From IMG/VR virus record IMGVR_UViG_3300047545_000041, positions 1 through 60,036 of that record: a stretch of 60,036 nucleotides of DNA; one strand, given 5' to 3'. Numbering within the stretch: the first letter of the stretch is position 1; each line of letters begins with the position of its first letter. The notes under the pieces were generated by a model. That model searched no databases. It was given only the letters and a program-made list of their open reading frames with translations, and was not told the DNA's origin. The translations under genes and the position numbers were made by a program. Positions 46,819 to 57,062 of this stretch are shown here, piece by piece. The DNA comes from a virus (lineage: Duplodnaviria > Caudoviricetes).

Positions 46819-47793
46819 TTAAGCTACCAAAGCTGATCGGTCAGACGAGCTAGGCTTTCTATACGTGTACACTTTTCTGTCTTCGCTCGACACGTGTATA
46901 GAACGTGTCGATGGTGTAGACACTCTATCAACATATACCGTTCTGTCTTGCGCCGCTACAACCACTGTCCTGTCGCTGCTGCTGCTACGTCTGTCAACAC
47001 TGACAGTTCTACGTCTATCGTACAGAGCAGCAATGGCGTTGTAGTTGAAGACAACAGTAGTTATACCAACAGTGCCGACAACACCAACAGCAAAGACCCC
47101 ATCAAATGTTGGTCGAGCATTCTCTGCAATGGCAACACTACCTAATGCAGACGTTGCAGCTACACCGATAAGTTCATAAACGTTATCGGCTGCAACAACT
47201 ACACCACCTAACAACGTTTGTGTAGCAATACCAGTCAACAAAGTGTTGGCGTTTGCGACAACAACCATGTCACCAACAGCGCCTGTAGCAGCAATACCGT
47301 CTACAGGAATGCGGTTGATTGATCGAACATCAACTTCACCAATCGAGAACGAAGCTTCAACACCTGTAACGTCTGTGTTGGCATCAGCAGCTATGGTGAG
47401 CGAGTCAACGAAACCTGTAGCACTAACACCAGAAAGAAGCGTTGTCGCTTTAGCAACGACTGTTGTATCACCGACAGCACCTGTAGCAGCAACACCATCA
47501 ACAGAGAACCTGCACCCTAAGCTGAACGACACATTGTCATTCAACACAGCAGAGGCTTGAACACCTGTGACGCTTGTAACAGCTACACCAACAACACCTA
47601 CACTGCCTACAATGGCAGGGCTAACTAAGCTGACAACAACGTGGTTGGCATCACCTGTAATGACAACACCACTATCTGACGTAGCAACACCAGCTACACC
47701 ATCAGGTGTATAGGCTACATTGCTAACACCATAACGGGAGACACCATAGGTGCCTATGCCGTATATAGCGCCAGAGCGTACAGTTGTTGCCAT
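46819..47793 (-). CDS. Virion structural protein with GV.ATG.VG repeats
   Basis: Repeated beta-strand units; RTV.V repeats at the C-terminus. Confidence 0.65.
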   Translation of the reverse strand: MATTVRSGAIYGIGTYGVSRYGVSNVAYTPDGVAGVATSDSGVVITGDANHVVVSLVSPAIVGSVGVVGVAVTSVTGVQASAVLNDNVSFSLGCRFSVDGVAATGAVGDTTVVAKATTLLSGVSATGFVDSLTIAADANTDVTGVEASFSIGEVDVRSINRIPVDGIAATGAVGDMVVVANANTLLTGIATQTLLGGVVVAADNVYELIGVAATSALGSVAIAENARPTFDGVFAVGVVGTVGITTVVFNYNAIAALYDRRRTVSVDRRSSSSDRTVVVAAQDRTVYVDRVSTPSTRSIHVSSEDRKVYTYRKPSSSDRSALVA

Positions 47794-47796
47794 CTA

Positions 47797-48240
47797 TTAA
47801 GCAATACGAATGATGGCGTTGGAAGCGTCTGCTGCGGGGAACTGCACAACAAAGTCACCGTTGGTCGATGTCTTGTCACCACCGAAAGAGATGACAGCAA
47901 CAGCGTCAGTGGTGCCGGAACCACCATCGGTAGTAGTGTTGTAAATGAGAGCGCCAGCGGCTGTGATGGTGGCATTGGGCCATGTAGCATCAGCGAAGTC
48001 GATGAAGGCTGTGGTACCACTGGTAGCAGGATCGATGTTGGTCAATGCGATACCACCTGCGGTGTAGCCTGTACCAACAACTTCGTTAGAAGTGGTGTAG
48101 TCTGTGGTGGCTGCGTCGAGCGATGCAGACGATGTGTACAAAGCAATCTTGAAAGTGTGACCACTAGAGGCATTGAAGTCGTGCTTACGCTCCAACAATT
48201 CTTTCTTGAAGCTGGTGCAGAGTGCGGAGGTGATAGCCAT
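47797..48240 (-). CDS. Virion structural protein
   Basis: SFK.ELL, FKIALYT, GYTAGG, GALIYN. Confidence 0.7.
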   Translation of the reverse strand: MAITSALCTSFKKELLERKHDFNASSGHTFKIALYTSSASLDAATTDYTTSNEVVGTGYTAGGIALTNIDPATSGTTAFIDFADATWPNATITAAGALIYNTTTDGGSGTTDAVAVISFGGDKTSTNGDFVVQFPAADASNAIIRIA

Positions 48241-48263
48241 AATATTTCCTAGTTATAAACAAC

Positions 48264-48298
48264 AAAAGGGAGAGCCTCGTGGAAGACCCTCCCTCTTA
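48264..48298 (-). terminator. Putative intrinsic terminator
   Basis: GC stem followed by a T run on the - strand after ORF 48314. Confidence 0.55.
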
Positions 48299-48313
48299 GG
48301 TCAGCCTAAAAGA

Positions 48314-48802
48314 TTAGGCCAGTTGGTCGCGGTCAACTTCGTCGGCAGCAATGCGGCCATCGACATTCATCAACACAGCCCACACACGAGCAGCACCAGA
48401 GGTAGGAGCAGTGGTGGCAGTGGCGATGGTGAGGTCAATGGTGTCAGCAGTAGCGCCAACAACGATGGGTTGGAAAGCAGCAGCGTTCTGTGCATAAGCA
48501 CCAGCAGCAGCGGCGTCAGCATCGAAGCCGTCAACGAACACGTCAGCGTCAACGCCAGTGCCCAAATCGAAAGTGGTGTCGTTCGACTCACCACCGAGGA
48601 CGGTAGTGATTTCGAAACCAGCATTCAAGACGACAGTGTTAGCAGGCACAGAGATGCACTCGATAACGTCAGCAGCAGCCAAGGCAGAACCTTTGGCAGT
48701 TGCGGCGGCAGCGAAGTCGATAACTTTATCGACCAGATAAGGCACGGAGCCAGCGGTGCGACCAGCGGTAGCGCCAGCAGCAAGAGTTGTAATGGTAGCC
48801 AT
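48314..48802 (-). CDS. Minor capsid/decoration protein
   Basis: Directly downstream of the major capsid gene; Ala/Thr/Asp-rich beta protein. Confidence 0.65.
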   Translation of the reverse strand: MATITTLAAGATAGRTAGSVPYLVDKVIDFAAAATAKGSALAAADVIECISVPANTVVLNAGFEITTVLGGESNDTTFDLGTGVDADVFVDGFDADAAAAGAYAQNAAAFQPIVVGATADTIDLTIATATTAPTSGAARVWAVLMNVDGRIAADEVDRDQLA

Positions 48803-48830
48803 TTTAAATTTCCTTTATGTGTAAATATAT

Positions 48831-48862
48831 AAACGGGGAAGCCTTGTGAGCCTCCCCTGTTT
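48831..48862 (-). terminator. Putative terminator after the major capsid gene
   Basis: AAACGGGGAAGC...GCCTCCCCTGTTT inverted repeat. Confidence 0.6.
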
Positions 48863-48864
48863 CA

Positions 48865-49935
48865 TCAGGCCACGTTGTACTTTGCAGTCACGATGGCTTC
48901 GCTACGCAGGATTTTGCGACCATACAGGTGCATACCGCGAACGATGTCAGCGAAGCTGTCGGGGTCACGATATGTCTCAGTCTTTGTCAACTGTTGAGCA
49001 GTTGCCACAGCAGAGTCATGACCGGCGATGATCACGCCAAAGTTGGTGGACTGAGCAGAAGTGCCGGAAGTGCCGGGACCAGTACCGATCTTAGGAGTGT
49101 TGTTCGACACATAGATACGGAAGCCGTGCAGGTTGTTCAGGATCAGGCCGTTTTGCAGACCGGAACCACCGAAGTCACCATTCAACAGGCGGCTGTCTTC
49201 GTCCTTCAACATCTCAACGAACACGGGGTCAACGACCAACCAACGACCTTGAGTGTCAACGAACTGCTGATCCAACAGACGACCCATACGGGCAATCACG
49301 GTCAGGGGAGACACAGTGGTAGTGGAAGCGGCTGTAGCGCCGGGGAAACGTGGAGCGAGAGGGATGGAGTCACCAACAGAACCAGCAGTAGTCAGGTTGC
49401 TGAAGCTAGGACGGCTCAGCTTCATGCTCGACAACAGTTCGTCAGCACCAGCAGAGGCCACAGCTTTAGTGCCGGGAGCAGTGGTACGGGCGGTGTCGCC
49501 AGCGGTGTGCTTGGCAGACTGCTGATAGCCCGACAGATATGCCAACACGTCTTGGTCATAGTTGTCACGCAGACGATAGGCAGCGCGGTCCGATGCCATC
49601 TGCATGAAGTTCACATGCGAGTGAGCAGCTTCGATGTCATCGATTTTGAAGGCGTAGTAGTTCGCTTGGTCAACAACCAAGGTGAAGTCTTCGTCGTCGA
49701 GGTCTTGCGCGGTGATCTGAGTACCACGAGCGTAAGCTTGGACTGACACCTCAGGTTCCTTCACGACCTTTACACTGTCGCCCATATTAGCGATCTCACC
49801 AAAGAAATCGCTATTGGTGATGTCTTCAACTGTAGAAGCTTTACGGAATGCAAGCTGTACTTGCTTGGAATAAATAACTGGCGAAAAATTGCCATTGGGC
49901 AAATTGCCGTGACCGACTGCGGATGGAAAAGCCAT
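48865..49935 (-). CDS. Major capsid protein
   Basis: NLPNGNFSPVIYSK, GEI...GDSV, RW.VV.P, FADIVRG.HLYG.K; strong codon bias. Confidence 0.92.
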   Translation of the reverse strand: MAFPSAVGHGNLPNGNFSPVIYSKQVQLAFRKASTVEDITNSDFFGEIANMGDSVKVVKEPEVSVQAYARGTQITAQDLDDEDFTLVVDQANYYAFKIDDIEAAHSHVNFMQMASDRAAYRLRDNYDQDVLAYLSGYQQSAKHTAGDTARTTAPGTKAVASAGADELLSSMKLSRPSFSNLTTAGSVGDSIPLAPRFPGATAASTTTVSPLTVIARMGRLLDQQFVDTQGRWLVVDPVFVEMLKDEDSRLLNGDFGGSGLQNGLILNNLHGFRIYVSNNTPKIGTGPGTSGTSAQSTNFGVIIAGHDSAVATAQQLTKTETYRDPDSFADIVRGMHLYGRKILRSEAIVTAKYNVA

Positions 49936-50062
49936 GATAAGTTCCTTATAGATAAATGTATGGCATATACTAAAATACGCTCACTCAAGTTCCACAGGGC
50001 TGTATCAACTAGGTGTATGACAAACCTCTTCTAGCTAAAGAGGCTGGCATAGGCTAGATCAA

Positions 50063-50620
50063 CTAGGTTGTCTGCTTACTTACGTTATGCGTTACTAAAC
50101 GACAAAGCTCAATAAACACTTCTTCAGTGTAGTCAAGCTTCATCCTATTGATAGGAACACAGACCAATTGGATATTATCAACCGTATAGTCTTTGCTACT
50201 ATCTACTCTGTCTAGGCTTACTGTATTAAGTTGGTGGCCTTCGCTAGTCAGCGGCAACTTAGTGTAAGCACATAGACCTTCTTGTCTCTGCCAAACATCA
50301 TGAAGATGTTCAACAGTGATAAAACACTTCTTATTCTTTCGTTTATCAGCAGTCTTCACTAACTGATCAAACTTTTCATCAAGCGTCAGATTAGCATAAC
50401 GCTTCTGATTCTTAATTTTAATCTTTTCCTTGTTGTTGGTGCGGTACTGTTTGTCATAAGACAGTCGGTACTCCTTGTTCTTTTCTCTCCAAACTTTAAT
50501 GTTTGAATTGTTACAACTCTTACAACTAGATTTAATACCACTAGCTTTAGAGTTGTCTTTACCGAACTCACTAACACTCTTCTCAATCTTGCAACAACTG
50601 CAAGTCTTCATATCATTCAT
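50063..50620 (-). CDS. Zn-finger/HNH-like homing endonuclease between scaffold and capsid
   Basis: CSCC..CKSC; Q.G.CAYT; SLDRVDSSKDYT.DNIQLVC..IN.MK. Confidence 0.8.
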   Translation of the reverse strand: MNDMKTCSCCKIEKSVSEFGKDNSKASGIKSSCKSCNNSNIKVWREKNKEYRLSYDKQYRTNNKEKIKIKNQKRYANLTLDEKFDQLVKTADKRKNKKCFITVEHLHDVWQRQEGLCAYTKLPLTSEGHQLNTVSLDRVDSSKDYTVDNIQLVCVPINRMKLDYTEEVFIELCRLVTHNVSKQTT

Positions 50621-50727
50621 AACAATCCCCGATTAGATAAAGGACTAGGCCATGAATCGGCATGGTCAGGGGAGCTACCCTTTTCGTCCTATGTAAAGTT
50701 ATATCAGACTTTTTCAGCCCGTGTCAA
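50621..50727 (-). promoter_or_regulatory. Promoter plus structured pseudoknot leader of the endonuclease gene
   Basis: On - strand: TTGACA-18-TATAAC, a three-way junction, and loop CCGATT complementary to AATCGG at the RBS. Confidence 0.6.
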
Positions 50728-50730
50728 CTA

Positions 50731-51600
50731 TTATCGTGCATTACCGCTCAAGTCGTACACAAACTTACCAGTCTGCATAGCCTTCTGAATAGCTTCCATG
50801 TTCTTCTCGTACTGCAAAGAACTCATCTTATTCACTTGCGATTCGTAGATGACACCGTCAGTGTCTTCACCGGACGGGGCAGACCTGCTACCACGGGTGT
50901 TGACACTCTCTGCCGCACCAGAATTCTTCTTCTCTGGTTTCGCTTTACCAATGTTGCGATCAATCTTATACAGATCAATGGCACGAGCAGCAGAACGAGC
51001 GTCTGTATCGTTCTCATACAAAGCTTGCTGTACCCAGTTTGGTTGTTCTTCTGCCCAGTTGTGGAAGTCATCAGTGTCTCGAATGGTGTCAAAGTCGGGA
51101 TGCAGCTTCAACAACTCAAGCTCAGCCTTCTCTCGTGCTGTCAGTTTGTCTCGCTCGTCCAAGGCTTTGAAGCGTTCATCAAGCGCTGCTGTTTGTTCTT
51201 TGGCTTTCTTGATGGCAATAGTTTCAACAATCTTTGCCACGTCTGGATAGGTCTTTGCCCATGTTGCCAGTTCTTCTTCGCTTGTCGGCAGCTTGATTTG
51301 TTGCTCGGTAGATTTTGTAAGCTGTTCTTTCAGTTCGTCAATTTGCTTTTGCAAAGTTAACGCTTGTTGTTGTGAATGACGACGAAGATCGCCATAGCGC
51401 TTTTTGAAGCTCTTCTCTTCAGCGCTCAAGTTGCTGTCGTCATCAGCGTTTTCTTCCACCGGAGCAGGCTTGTTGTTTTGTTCACTGAGTTGTTTAAGCT
51501 CAGCTTCTTCTCGTTCGATGCGCTCACGGTTGGCGTTGCGTTTACCGAAGGGGACAACCGCAGTTTTCTGCGACTGCTGTTCCATTACCATTTCAGACAT
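50731..51600 (-). CDS. Head scaffolding protein
   Basis: FKKRYGDLRRH, HPDF, coiled coil; upstream of the capsid gene. Confidence 0.78.
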   Translation of the reverse strand: MSEMVMEQQSQKTAVVPFGKRNANRERIEREEAELKQLSEQNNKPAPVEENADDDSNLSAEEKSFKKRYGDLRRHSQQQALTLQKQIDELKEQLTKSTEQQIKLPTSEEELATWAKTYPDVAKIVETIAIKKAKEQTAALDERFKALDERDKLTAREKAELELLKLHPDFDTIRDTDDFHNWAEEQPNWVQQALYENDTDARSAARAIDLYKIDRNIGKAKPEKKNSGAAESVNTRGSRSAPSGEDTDGVIYESQVNKMSSLQYEKNMEAIQKAMQTGKFVYDLSGNAR

Positions 51601-51725
51601 AAATACCTTTTAAGTTGGGGCTGCACTGTAGGAGACTATATTGTCTCGGAGTCAGGTAGCCAATGATGGTGGGTGTTATTAAGTACCAGTCTGCCCACCA
51701 CAGACTTTGGTATTCTCATTGTAGC

Positions 51726-53141
51726 TTATTTACGACGAGCAGCTAAACTTGTTGGTTTAGGTGCAGTCTTTGTTTTCTTCTTAGAAACGAAACCACCTTT
51801 GGCGTAACCACCATCACCATCGCCTGATCCGGGACCAGAGCCATCACCAGCGGAAGCGCCACCATCACCACTATCACCGGCAGCAGTACCACCTGTACCT
51901 TCACCAGCGGCTGTACCAGAACCATCGCTTGCACCTACCCCACTAACACCACCTACACCATCTGTGGCAGCAGTACCAAGACCACCACCCTCAGCATCGG
52001 CTGCATCGGCAGCAGCAGCATTGGCAGCATCAGCGGCAGCGGCGGCTGCATCAGCAGCACTAGCACCAGCAACAGTAGCATCAGCGGCGGCTTGTGAAGC
52101 AGCACCAATTGCTGCATCGGAATGACCAGCAGCAGAGGCGGCGGCGGCAGCACTAGCGGCAGCGGCGGCGGCAGAACCACCTGTACCGGACGGGCCTGTA
52201 GTGGCGGCAGCGGTTGTCACACCTTCATTATTTGCAGCGGCTGTTGTGTCAGAAACAGCAACGTTGAAACCCATTGCAGCTTGTGCGCTTGAGAAGTTTG
52301 ATTGTTCTACTGCGGCCTTACCAAGCGTACTTAAACCCGGTATACCAGTAACCATGCTGATAGCAAGACCAGCTAAACTTCCCAATGCAGGGCTTGTTTC
52401 ATTCGGTGTAGCAAACCCGTCTTCACCAATACTGAAACCCGGACTAGATGTTGTACCACCACCATCACTTGGTCCACCACCGTCACCACCACTTTCAATT
52501 GGCTGTGTAGTGGCAGCACCACCATCACCACCTGTAGTTGGAGCAGGTGTTGTACCAGCAGTAGGCGTCTTAACTTTATAACCAGTAGGAATAGATAACT
52601 GAGCCACACCGTTAATGAAAGGAATATAGATGGTCTGACCAGCATCATTGGTCATAGCCACCATTTCAAAACCTCTGATGGGAGCGTCAGCATAAAGCTT
52701 TTTATTGTCTTCACCACCTACATAACCACCGGGGGCATACTTACGTACATCACCGCCTTTGGCAAACTCTTGTTCGTTGTCTTCACCAAGAATGGAATCA
52801 ATCTCAGAAGAGAAAGACTCATCATCCATTTCTTCTTCATCACTGTGCAGCGCTTCAGGGTTTTCTACTTCTTCAGCATTACCCATCTGACCAATCTCTT
52901 CCATCTTCTTAAGACCAGCCTTAGCCTTGTCACGAAGCTTCATCAAAGTTTCAAGACCAATATAGCGAACAACATCGGCGGGAATGACAAACTCACCTTC
53001 GCTTAGCTTAGCGTCAATGTCGTCTCTCACTTCTTCTTTCATTGCGCCGGGAGGTACATCGTTACCAGAAACTGGATCGACTGTGCCACCTTCTTGCATG
53101 ACACCGCCTTCAGCGAACAATTGATTCATTTCATTTTGCAT
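51726..53141 (-). CDS. Head-associated protein with Gly/Ala-rich low-complexity tail
   Basis: DDIDAKLSEGEFVIPADVVR; AxGG repeats. Confidence 0.7.
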   Translation of the reverse strand: MQNEMNQLFAEGGVMQEGGTVDPVSGNDVPPGAMKEEVRDDIDAKLSEGEFVIPADVVRYIGLETLMKLRDKAKAGLKKMEEIGQMGNAEEVENPEALHSDEEEMDDESFSSEIDSILGEDNEQEFAKGGDVRKYAPGGYVGGEDNKKLYADAPIRGFEMVAMTNDAGQTIYIPFINGVAQLSIPTGYKVKTPTAGTTPAPTTGGDGGAATTQPIESGGDGGGPSDGGGTTSSPGFSIGEDGFATPNETSPALGSLAGLAISMVTGIPGLSTLGKAAVEQSNFSSAQAAMGFNVAVSDTTAAANNEGVTTAAATTGPSGTGGSAAAAAASAAAAASAAGHSDAAIGAASQAAADATVAGASAADAAAAAADAANAAAADAADAEGGGLGTAATDGVGGVSGVGASDGSGTAAGEGTGGTAAGDSGDGGASAGDGSGPGSGDGDGGYAKGGFVSKKKTKTAPKPTSLAARRK

Positions 53142-53340
53142 TGATTTCGTCTTTCAAATACTTCAACTGACGTAGTGCAACTATTGCACCCTGTGCTTTA
53201 AACACATCGGACATCTCAGTTGCTTGTTCCAATTTACGCTGGTGTTGCTCAATGTCATAGTCGAGCTTTTCAACAAAGGCATCCCACAGATGAGGACTGT
53301 TCAGCATACCTTTGAGTTTTGGAAGGAATTCTTTATCCAT
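53131..53340 (-). CDS. Small conserved protein after portal
   Basis: AQG motif; position. Confidence 0.65.
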   Translation of the reverse strand: MDKEFLPKLKGMLNSPHLWDAFVEKLDYDIEQHQRKLEQATEMSDVFKAQGAIVALRQLKYLKDEINAK

Positions 53341-55418
53341 TAAGCGGCTCCAACAGGTGCGGGTTGTGGTGCAGCGCTAAAGCCTTGTTCGCCCGGTTGC
53401 GGAGCAGCACCAACACCGATGTTGCCACCACCACCGCCTGTCATGTCAGCCACACCGGGAACACCGGGAGCGCCACCAGCGGCAGGAGCGCCAGCAGGTG
53501 CAGCAGGCTGTGGCATCAACGCAGCTTGACGAGCAGCTTCGTCCATGTTGTTCGTCACCTTGTCTTCATCAAGGTCCATCGCCTTAGCAATTTCACGGAT
53601 GATGTAAGGCATCTTAGCAAACGGCATCAATGCAGGGTTGCTTACAATCTGCAAGAACTGCATCAGACGTTGGCTTCTCACTTCGTTAGCCATCAACGAT
53701 TCTGTACCACGAGCATTGACTTCCAAGTCACCTCTGATTTCAGGGTCGAAGTCAAACTGCATGTTGAAGCTGAAGAAGGCTTTACCAAGTGGTGCCAACA
53801 AATAGTCATCGACGTTCTTAATCACTGTCTTGATCGAACCGCTGGCAGCATTCATCAGCATCGAAATACCAGACGCTGTACGACCAACACCACTCACACC
53901 AGTTTGACCGTGAGCAAACGATGGCATACCTGTAGCTTCATCGGAAAGCTGACGAGCTTTGTCAAACAACTGAAGGTTCTCTTGCGACACGTTAGGAAAC
54001 TTAGTACCGAACAAGCTTTGACCGGGAGCACCGCCTTGACGACGAAACACCTTGCCGGGATAGACGCTCATGTCTTGACCGGGCACAAGGTTGGTTTCAT
54101 CAATCTCAAACACCAAGTTGCCTGACAACACAGCATTATCAACAGCCATACGCATGAAGCCGTTCATCAATGTCTGTGTGTCGTCCATGTTCTCTGCAAC
54201 ACCAATACCAGCAAGGCTGTATGGGTTGAGTTCGTAAGGGACAGCGTAGTAGGGAATCTTTGAAGGCTTGAAAGGATTCAACACCAAGCGAAGAATTTTA
54301 CCGTTGCAATACCAAATGTTTGCTTGCAGTTCACCAGCGTCTTTGAATTCTTCAGGAATGTCCACTTCGTTTTCAATGAGCAGATCAACATCAACGTTGC
54401 CCCAATACTCCAGCACTTCAAAGCGATCAACACCGAAGTTCAAAGAGTAGTCTTTGATGGTGTCTTCCCAATACTTCTTCACATACCCTTCACCGCCAGC
54501 AATGATTTCGTCAATGACGTTCTTGCGAAAGTGAGGACGATTCTTCAATTGACGAAGCTGAGTGCGTGACAGCTTGTGACGCTCAATGACATATTGACAT
54601 TCGTCTGTGTTGTTAGCGTCTGGATCCCAATAGAAGTTCCAGATAGAAACGTGAGAGCCTTCAGGCAATGTCTTGATGACGGGAGAATATGTACCGTCTT
54701 CTTTCCAGTTGGGATATTCTTTGTTGACAGCGAACGGTCCCTTCATCACACCTGTACCGAACAGCGACATTTCAAAGCCTGTAGATCGGAGATGCTTGTT
54801 CATGTTGCTTTCATTAAGCTGGTCATGAATCTTCTTCTCCATCTTCTTAGCTGCCACCATAGCAGGATTGAATGTCACAGACGATGGTGTTTGACCCGGA
54901 CCCTTCTTCAAGCCGGGAACATCTTTCAAGTCATCCTTCAAAGCACCCAACATCTCCTCAAGTTTGTCGAGGTCGAAGTCGTTACCGATGGCAGCACTAC
55001 CTTCTTCACCAAACGGAATAGATGGTGTAGGCTGTGTTGTAGCTTTAGGATCAAAATGAACAGACTCCAATACACCTTCAGGCAACACAGATGGGTCGAT
55101 GCTCAGCGGAAACTTGTTGTTAGAAAACAACACATCAATGATTTGACCGTATGCCGCCAACACCTTAGTCTTTGTCACCTTCACAAACACACGAGACTTC
55201 TCAGTCGATGTGAATTGCATATCAGGACCGTACAGACCGCGATAATTGCGATAGGCACGTAGCCAACGTGTCTCGTCAGAGCGACGACTTTCTTCAGCGC
55301 GGGTGTAGCGCTCGTTGACGAACGCAATCAGACCACCAGCTTTGAAGGTGTCTTCGGTTTTGGTAGAGTCGTCCAAGACAATGTTCTTGTCGCTTTGTGG
55401 TTTGTCAATAAGTGCCAT
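53340..55418 (-). CDS. Portal protein
   Basis: 692 aa; TKTKVLAAY, GTGVMK, PYE..PY...G.GV, RTASG.SM. Confidence 0.9.
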   Translation of the reverse strand: MALIDKPQSDKNIVLDDSTKTEDTFKAGGLIAFVNERYTRAEESRRSDETRWLRAYRNYRGLYGPDMQFTSTEKSRVFVKVTKTKVLAAYGQIIDVLFSNNKFPLSIDPSVLPEGVLESVHFDPKATTQPTPSIPFGEEGSAAIGNDFDLDKLEEMLGALKDDLKDVPGLKKGPGQTPSSVTFNPAMVAAKKMEKKIHDQLNESNMNKHLRSTGFEMSLFGTGVMKGPFAVNKEYPNWKEDGTYSPVIKTLPEGSHVSIWNFYWDPDANNTDECQYVIERHKLSRTQLRQLKNRPHFRKNVIDEIIAGGEGYVKKYWEDTIKDYSLNFGVDRFEVLEYWGNVDVDLLIENEVDIPEEFKDAGELQANIWYCNGKILRLVLNPFKPSKIPYYAVPYELNPYSLAGIGVAENMDDTQTLMNGFMRMAVDNAVLSGNLVFEIDETNLVPGQDMSVYPGKVFRRQGGAPGQSLFGTKFPNVSQENLQLFDKARQLSDEATGMPSFAHGQTGVSGVGRTASGISMLMNAASGSIKTVIKNVDDYLLAPLGKAFFSFNMQFDFDPEIRGDLEVNARGTESLMANEVRSQRLMQFLQIVSNPALMPFAKMPYIIREIAKAMDLDEDKVTNNMDEAARQAALMPQPAAPAGAPAAGGAPGVPGVADMTGGGGGNIGVGAAPQPGEQGFSAAPQPAPVGAA

Positions 55419-55475
55419 AGTTTTCCGTAAAGATGTTGCAGAGGTATAACATTGAACCTCTTAGTAGTAAATGTT

Positions 55476-57062
55476 TCAATATCCAAACACAGGGTCTGCC
55501 ACAGACATACCGGATGTCTGAGAAGCAGGATCGAAGTCAAACAACCCGCTGCGTGGACGGCTCATAACACCATAACGCAAAGCATCATAGGTGTGGTCGT
55601 TGCTAACTTTGGTGTTAATGTCTTCGTTATTTGTCTTATCAATTGGTAAAGTTGGTAAGTCAGCAATGATTTGTGTACAGGTGTTGAAGAACACCATACG
55701 AGGCGCTTCAGTGTACTGATCAACCTGCAATCGGCGGTGTATTTCGTTCTTACCTGCCACCCTGCTACCAGCAGAACGGTCAGCAGGACGCCATCTGCAC
55801 CCCTTCATGATCATTCGCTCAGCAATAGAGGGTCCAGTGTCACCACGTTTGTGCCAACATGAGCTATCCAACACACCATAACGAATCTTTTCCTCAGATT
55901 CAGCGTTCAATATCATCACAGCCAAGTCTTCTGCCAGCACTTTGCTGACATAAAGCTCTCGGTAGACAACCAAACTGTCGTCAGGCGCTACAGCAAACCA
56001 CAACACAGCGCTATGGCTACCATATCCGTAGTCACAAGACCTGAACCGGGGCCAGTTTGAGGGAATGGTGAAGGGTTCTACTACGTGAATGCTTCTATTG
56101 AACTCCGAAAACGCTGCACCTTCAGCAATGTCCCAGTTTCCCTCAAGCAATTGCTTACGTTGGTGCTCTGGTAAGGACAACAACATGGTTTCGTAGTCAC
56201 CAGACTCGGCCAAATAGGGGTTATCTGCTAGTTTTGCAGAGATGAACTTGCGTTTGAACAGCGGCAAGCCTTCTTTGCTGTGCCCTTTCGGGTACGTCAG
56301 CATCTGTCCCGTCTCAATATCGGTGGCATAGAAGCTTTTACCGGGTGGTGCAGGGACAATGAACATCTTCCTGACCCATTGATGACCGGGTCCACCGGGG
56401 TTGGTGGTAGCTCTCATGAACACTGGCAGGTCTGGAGCAGCAGTACGCAGACGAGAACGCATGTAGTTGTAGGCAAACGGTGTAGGCCACTGTGTCAACT
56501 CGTCCCAAGCGATGTAGGAGAACGACAAACCCTGATAACGCATAACGTCTTCATCACGGTCAAGGTAGGACATCCACAGTTTGCCACCACTTGGATGCTG
56601 CCACTGCATCTTTCTCTCACTCCACTTGATGCCGGGATATATCTTTGGATACATCTCTTGCGATTTCCAAATGAGTTCACGCAATTCTTCGGTGGTGTGA
56701 CGAAGAATGAGTCCAGAGAATTGGGGATGGGCTATGTAGCGTAGAGGATCAGCAAGAATTGCATAGCTCTTACCACCGCCAGCAGCACCACCATACAACA
56801 CCTCACGTTCAGGAGCAGCTAGGAAAGCTGTCTGAGGACCGGGGTTGGGTTTGAATATGACGTTCTCATACTCAACAGGCTCAACTATCGGTGCTATTGT
56901 CGGAGAAGGTGGCGCTAAGTTGGACGAATCGATCACTACCGAAGAAGCTGTCTTGTCCGGTGCCTGTTCTTTTTTCGTACTCTTGCGCTTTCTTAAGGGC
57001 TTTTTCGTACCTGTCGGCAAGCTCTCGATAAGTAGAGGACTTACGTCTTTGGGACTGTTCAC
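55476..57062 (-). CDS. terL: Terminase large subunit (start uncertain)
   Basis: GGAAGGGKS, WDE, TNPGG, DYGY, DHTYDALRY. Confidence 0.95.
   Translation of the reverse strand: MNSPKDVSPLLIESLPTGTKKPLRKRKSTKKEQAPDKTASSVVIDSSNLAPPSPTIAPIVEPVEYENVIFKPNPGPQTAFLAAPEREVLYGGAAGGGKSYAILADPLRYIAHPQFSGLILRHTTEELRELIWKSQEMYPKIYPGIKWSERKMQWQHPSGGKLWMSYLDRDEDVMRYQGLSFSYIAWDELTQWPTPFAYNYMRSRLRTAAPDLPVFMRATTNPGGPGHQWVRKMFIVPAPPGKSFYATDIETGQMLTYPKGHSKEGLPLFKRKFISAKLADNPYLAESGDYETMLLSLPEHQRKQLLEGNWDIAEGAAFSEFNRSIHVVEPFTIPSNWPRFRSCDYGYGSHSAVLWFAVAPDDSLVVYRELYVSKVLAEDLAVMILNAESEEKIRYGVLDSSCWHKRGDTGPSIAERMIMKGCRWRPADRSAGSRVAGKNEIHRRLQVDQYTEAPRMVFFNTCTQIIADLPTLPIDKTNNEDINTKVSNDHTYDALRYGVMSRPRSGLFDFDPASQTSGMSVADPVFGY

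Noticed and set aside
50640-50695. Hammerhead ribozyme (GAAA in a three-way junction)
   Set aside because: The CUGANGA core is absent (CUGACCA) and the topology does not fit
56881-57062. Programmed frameshift linking ORF 56881-57354 and terL
   Set aside because: The overlap is more simply explained by an over-extended terL start call; no clear slippery site plus structure was identified
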